NCBI GenBank assembly: GCA_002269645.1
Contig: NIVC01004407.1
Coordinates: 23,677 to 87,676 of the forward strand
Length of the DNA stretch: 64,000 nucleotides
Direction: 5' to 3'
Origin: Macrostomum lignano
Taxonomy: Eukaryota
Shown here in pieces: positions 58,163 to 64,000 of this stretch (within the stretch, counting starts at the first letter, position 1; each line of letters starts with the position of its first letter). A program made the translations under genes and the position numbers. The notes under the pieces were generated by a model that saw only the letters and a program-made list of their open reading frames with translations, was not told the DNA's origin and searched no databases.

Positions 58163-59277
58163 GGCGAGTTTTCGAAAGGAAAATTGAGTGCCTGCACAAT
58201 TTAGGCTTTTTACGAGAGTAGCTCAATAGACGTGGTCTGGTTTGCTGCTGTTGCAAGTGGGCTTAGTAAGAAGATTCTTTATGCGCATTCTTAATATGCG
58301 CCTTTATCCACAGCCAGCTCTTGCGTTGCTAAAAACAGTTTTTTGTTGTCACTGCGTAGATGCCTAACCCATTAGAAAGACTGCTGGTGGAGGGAAGACT
58401 TAACAGCCCCAGCTGGCAATTCTCACAACCAGTTTTTAGGGAAGAAAGCTAATTAAAACGCTGCTTGGGCCGCCGCGTCTTGCAGATCCCCTATAGCTAG
58501 ATTTTGTTCCCAACTCACAAATTGCATTTTCGCCCGCAGTTTACACTTGCGACGAAGCTGCTAGGCTTTTGTTTGAGTGGAAACTTCCATTCCTACACGC
58601 AACGGTAGTGCATGGTTTTGGCAGAATCATTAATTAATTATAAGCCGTTGCAGCTTCGTGGACAGAAGAAATGAAAAAGGCTTTTTTAAAGGCAATTTTC
58701 GTTTAAGCTTTGAACAAAAATACGCTTTAGACAAGTCACTAGCGCGTTTATGTTCGAAGAAAATCAGCTAATTTACTCACACTACTTGCTGAAGCATGTT
58801 ACGCATGGTCCCACAAAATCGTTACGAAAAACGAAAAATAGCAAAGAAACCTGCAATAGTATAGATGTCATTTTTTAGATAGTTTCAATATATATTTAAG
58901 ACTCGAAAAAAGCTTAGCATTACACGTCTCAAAATGTGCCTTCGAGTTTACAGATAAAAATAAACACTTTGCATTGTTTTCTTCTTTGCTCAGAAATGAG
59001 CATTATGTTTAGAAGCATATACAACATGGATCCATCCCTCTCTAGCTATAGACCGTAACATTCGAAAAGGTTTTTAGTACACGGAATAGTTAAATAAACA
59101 AGAAAGAACTAGTGCCAAATACACAGGGAAAGTTTACCGACGTTGGGACACGTAGACATTCAGATCTATTACGACACTGCAGATATCAGCTACGCGACTT
59201 AGTTTAAAAAAGGTTGTTGTGAAGCGCTCAAAACTTTTAAGGGGATACATGACATATAGTAGGCACTAAAGTATAGT

Positions 59278-60269
59278 TCAAACAGAAGCAGCCACCATGC
59301 ATTCAAAAGTCTTCATTGAGTAGTAGTGGTTCAGCGGATAGCCAATGCCTGGGGAAGAGAACGTAAGTCCGTCGGCCCACAACGGCTCAGACAAGTAAAA
59401 AGCTGCTGGAGGCGTGAAGTACCGACCGTTCGGGTTGAAGCAGTGACAACTGCCGTACCACCAGGCTCCTTGGTAGGTGACTGCGCAGTTACTGGACCAT
59501 GTGTCTTGATCCTTATCCTGTGTGCTGAACATCGCATTGTTCATGTAGGCACCAACGGTATGACTGCAAGTTGCAACATTCGACCGGCCGACTTCAGGCT
59601 CTCCGACGCTGACTCGGTATCCTTGACTGGCGTCCTGCACGGCGAAGTTAGCGTCCTCCCACCAGTAGCGAGTGCCGTTCCAGTCGCTCATCTCCCACCT
59701 CACGCGCCTGTCTCCGGCTCGAGTGAGCTGGTGGATCGCCTCCAGACCCATCCAGTAGTTTCTGTCCTCGCCCTGGCCGAACTCAGTCAAGTAGTCTGTC
59801 CAGTTCCGGTAGAAATCTACCGAGCCGTCTACTCGGTGCTGGAAGGTTCGCCAGCAGGTTCGTCCGAGCTCGTCCAGCTGTCTCACCTGTAATATCACGG
59901 TTAGCCAAATCGTAGGGTCAATAATTATGCATCACGATAGCAACAGACATTGGAATAAAAATGGATCGCACGGTGAGCACCTACCAGCAGCAGAGGCAGA
60001 GTCGAGTTTCTCGCATTGCGGCACTTTCTGCATCCGCTCGTTCCAAGCTGGCAGCTGTACAATCGACAGATGCCGCCGAGCTCAGTGAACTCGACCGCTT
60101 GGTGCTGCGGTCCAGCGAGAGTCGCGCACTCCAAGCCGCTCCGCACGCCAGCCACCGAGGTTTCAAGCTTGTACTCGCTCAGGTCGTCCCTCTGCTCAGC
60201 CCAACTGTATTGAGCAGACGCTGCTTTGTAGCAGAAGAATAAAATTAGTGAAGGGAAAATCAATGCCAT
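59278..60269 (-). CDS. FReD4: secreted fibrinogen-related domain protein, 297 aa; exons 60269-59985, 59886-59278
   Basis: Signal peptide MALIFPSLILFFCYKAASAQ; same architecture and motifs as FReD1/2. Confidence 0.92.
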
Positions 60270-61185
60270 GTTTTTCTCTATTGCAAAGCAAACGTTCCCT
60301 ATGCAGTTTTTCCGCAAAAAGAGTCAATGTGCTGGTTTTTATGCTTCTACACTGCCATCGCTCCTACCATTTTCCACCAGAAAATTGTGCAAATGTTTAC
60401 CAACCTTCAGAGTAGTTCAATTTCTACTACAGGAAGACCTGCGTCTTAGCAGGTTGAAACTAGAGACACTTAGTGTAAGCAAAATTCAAAGTCTGCAGCA
60501 ACTTGAATTATGTATTAGCGAGTCAGCTTGACTGTCAATAACGCGTTTACAATTTACACTCTTCAAAATTCCTAGTTGAATTTTCATTATTGGTAGACTC
60601 TGCGAGAGCTTTTGATGGCTTAACTTAAATTTTTGTCATTTAGACTGTATCGTTATAAAAGATTTCATCTTAGCAGCAATGATAAACATTAGGGTACTAA
60701 CAAGAAATAGATTTTAGTTCCTACTAACACGGTTTTACGGGGCTTAGTCAGATGTACTTGCTTGCTTGGTTTATGATCTAAAATTAACGTTTTTGTCAGA
60801 GTAAAACTCCTAGATCATACATGAAGCTAACTGTTTGTTTGTACTCTGGCATAAGCGTACACAAACTATTATACGCGCATAAATAGGCGTCTTGTGTGTA
60901 TTTTAAACGCTAAATTTGTTGCCTAAAATAGCACGTGACAGCAATGCGAGTGTACTTCTAAAGGCTCCTGCGGTTGCTCATAAAAATGCATAGCACAGCT
61001 CCTTCCTAAGTAACACTCTAAGTATAAGATTCCTCAATGAAGTCTACAGTAACTCGCAGCGACAGAGCGTGAGAGAAATTAGACTCGAAGGTCAAAATAT
61101 TGCTCGACCCTGAGTCAAACTAACTTGGCAACTCTTCCATTGCGCAGTAGCCAAAAGCAAACAAGTCTAATATAGTAGAACAACA

Positions 61186-62438
61186 ATGTCCGGCCAATTT
61201 GGCTCTTGGGAGCAGCTGGACTGCCTGGGCTGCGGTGGACAGGCCAGAGTGTTCAAAGTGCGCACTGACCAAGGTGACGTGCTAGCGGCGAAGTACTTGG
61301 ATTTACCACCTGGCGAGGAAACTGCAGCGTCAGCAGTGACAGAAGCCAAACTGCTTGTAGGCCTCTGTCATCGCAATATTGTCCAGTTCGCCGCCACCAG
61401 GTTCGATCCCGCGGTTGGACAGCGCTTAATTCTGTTCACAGAATTTATCGAAGGCCAGACGCTGCGCTGCATCATCAACGGTCAGCCGTTGGAGCAGGCG
61501 AAGATTCGAACCTACAGCTTGCAGGTCCGTGGGTTCTAGATTTCGTTTTACAACACTGAGTTGGACTAATAATATCTTTATAATCTTAGTAGTGCCACTG
61601 AATGAACCCGTTTGGCCAAACCACTGTGATGACGCATCATAGAACAGCGTATCTTAATGTCGGTTGGAGTCGTAGGGAAGTAGACAGAATGGGTGTGCAA
61701 TATTCTGGATGCGTCATCTTGTCTTGTTGTCGTGTCCTCTTCTTCAACAAGCGATAGACAGTTTACAAAACACAGGAAAATTGGATTATGGCTTACCTAG
61801 CTACGACACGAAGAGCCGCATTAGCCATCGTAGATTTTTTGTCGAAGACCAAAACCAAAAGTTACGTACGATAGAGAACTTGTAAATTTCTAACGCCAAG
61901 TACCAAACTTTACGCAAATACAGCTAGCCGAGGCGCTCAACTACATCCACACTCGACGACCGCCTGTGATTCATCGCGACGTCAACTGTAACAACGTCAT
62001 GATTCGACCAGATGACACGCTTAAGCTGATCGATTTCGGTCTGTCCACCTGCCTGCAACCGTTAGAGGACGCGTCCTCAGCTTGCGGCTCAACCGTGAAC
62101 TCAACGGCAAGCTCCCGGCATCAGTTAGGCACGGTGGGATTCCTGGCACCTGAAATTCTCTACCGGAAAGAGAAGCTTGGCGTCGCACAGTACAGCGCTC
62201 AGTCGGATATTTGGGCGTTCGGCTGCACAGTTTACCAGATGGCTACGGGCCAGGCGCCTTATTACTCATCTCAGCCAGCCGTCTACATCTACAGAGTGGT
62301 GAAGCAAGGCGCTCCTCAGCTACCCAAGGCCGCTTATTCCGAGGAGCTGCGCCAATTCTATCACGGCTGCGTGTGCAAGGATAGGCGACGCAGATTCACC
62401 GCTGGGGACCTGCTGCAGCACAACTTCTTATTGTACAG
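61186..62438 (+). CDS. MAP3K/STE-like Ser/Thr protein kinase domain; exons 61186-61524, 61924-62438
   Basis: LGCGGQARV, LAAK, TEAKLL, HRNIVQF, FTEFIEG, IHRDVNCNN, LIDFG, GTVGFLAPE, SDIWAFGCTVYQMATG; phase-0 GT-AG intron. Confidence 0.88.
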
Positions 62439-62869
62439 GTTCGTTGCAAAAGTCCTTGGTTCATTGTTGGTTGCTTTAGGTCTGCTAGGCCATGGTAACT
62501 AATTAGTGTTGTTAATATGGCCCGCCTTCCGTTGAGCAGTTCAGCGGGTAAATGCATCCAACTCCTGCGCTACGGCCCAGATTCAATTCCTTGCGCGGTC
62601 ACAATCATTTGCAGCTCGTCAGCACGAGACTTTGCCGAGAGGGTTGTCGTTGTCGCGCGCGATTCGCAGCCATGATAGACAACAACCACGGCACAGAGTG
62701 TTTACTTGCCTAATGATTAGAAAGTCAGGGAAGCTGTACACCCTGTGTGAGCGGGTGTATGAGTGCGTGTCTGTGTGCAGTATTGGCATGCTTGAATGTG
62801 CTCAGGAGTCACAGGAGTGCTCAGAAGTGTCTACAGCCTCCTACAATTATTTATTTTATATATTTTAAG

Positions 62870-64000
62870 GTGGCAATTTAAAAGAACCTCCTGCTTTCTG
62901 TGGGCAGTAGGACTCTGCGCGGATGATGTAGCCTGTCAGCTGGAGTCTACGACGGCGCAACAAGTAAACTCTCGAGGGTGAAAGGGAGTGAGAGCAACTA
63001 ACTCGAAAGCGATTTTGATGATTGATGGTAGCATCGAATCAACTGACTCAACAAAATAAGAAATCCTGATCCAGAACTTTTACGCGTTGTTCAATCTTAT
63101 TAGATTCTTTCGCCTTTAAACCAAACCCACTACACACTTTAGACCGGAAGAGCTTCGGGAGCTGCGCCAGCTTGTGCAGGACTACCAGCGCCAGTGCGCC
63201 GAGCAGACGCAGCTGCACGCACGCGAAAAGCAGCAGGCGGCTGAGAGAAAGCGCAAGAGAATTGCGTCGGCAAACGCGGAGGCGACGCGCGAACGACACC
63301 GACTCAAATTCGGCTGGCGATGGCTCAGAAAGTGGCAAAAAAAGCGGCGGAAAAACGTCGACGAGAGGCGGCAGCGAGCCAGGTAGAGCATTGTGACATA
63401 AAACTTTGTGTAACAGACGACGAGAAAGTCTTTAGACCCTACCAGGAGTGAGTACGTGCTCAAGGGACAGCAGAAAGGTTATTACTGCTCTAAAACTTCT
63501 TGCTGGTTATCAGTTGTCTTGATTTGAAGCAGTGACCAATACCGGTAGACATAAGTAACTACGATTAAAAGTCTCTAGATTAATCCTTGTTTAGTCCTTT
63601 TCTACCGACATGACAAAAAGAACCATATAATACATATTACAAGTGATATAATACGAGTTTTTTCGAATAAGCTAACACGAGTATAGTACATAGTAAAGGT
63701 TACATAGTACACGCACATTGTGCGATGAGAACCACGTACCAGCTGAGTAAAAATTCATAGCGACAACATTTAATTAAATAGGGAGAGAGCTCGAAGGTCT
63801 CGCATGCAGTCTGGCACGGATGAAGACGTGGATTTGTTGGCGACAGCCGCCGCGGAAGCTGATGAAGCTGCAACAGTGGAACAGCTGACCAGAGACCTCG
63901 CTGCTGCCATGGACACTTTTCGTCGGGATCTTCTGGCAGTGGAGCTAAGACTCTCGGAGCAGCTGCTGCAGCTGGACACTGAGGAAATTGCTGAGCGTGC
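62870..64000 (+). CDS. Probable coiled-coil/charged C-terminal exons (62870-62977?, 63143-63382, 63782->64000), possibly continuing the kinase gene
   Basis: 63143-63382 (PEELRELRQLVQDYQRQ...RRQRAR) splices in phase 2 to ERARRSRMQSGTDEDVDLL...LSEQLLQLDTEEIAER. The link to the kinase via 62870-62977 is phase-compatible but tentative. Confidence 0.5.

Overview
Eukaryotic (metazoan invertebrate) genomic DNA with GT-AG introns and a very high load of tandem repeats. The style resembles a Macrostomum-type flatworm assembly, which is an inference only. From left to right: (1) exon 1 of a TMEM179-like gene (-) and a pair of inverted minisatellite arms; (2) long (ATCT)n and (TCAG)n tracts; (3) a 56-aa secreted six-cysteine peptide gene missed by the ORF track; (4) a 2.9-kb CpG desert; (5) a multi-exon gene for an unrecognised low-complexity protein; (6) a 4-kb, 92-bp higher-order satellite ending at a 922-N gap; (7) a local segmental duplication of an SLC5 sodium:solute symporter gene plus a fibrinogen-domain (FReD) gene. 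Copy A (24.2-35.6 kb) is frameshifted. Copy B (36.9-56.9 kb) is an intact 15-exon, 703-aa gene with a young 4.75-kb Gypsy LTR element and tRNA-derived SINEs in its introns; (8) a four-member mosaic FReD cluster, one member with a nonsense codon; (9) a MAP3K-like kinase gene with a probable coiled-coil tail. The strongest unexplained pattern is that every large intron carries its own unrelated minisatellite, and several arrays are seeded exactly on splice-donor or SINE junctions. All exon and repeat coordinates were read by hand; repeat-array edges are approximate.
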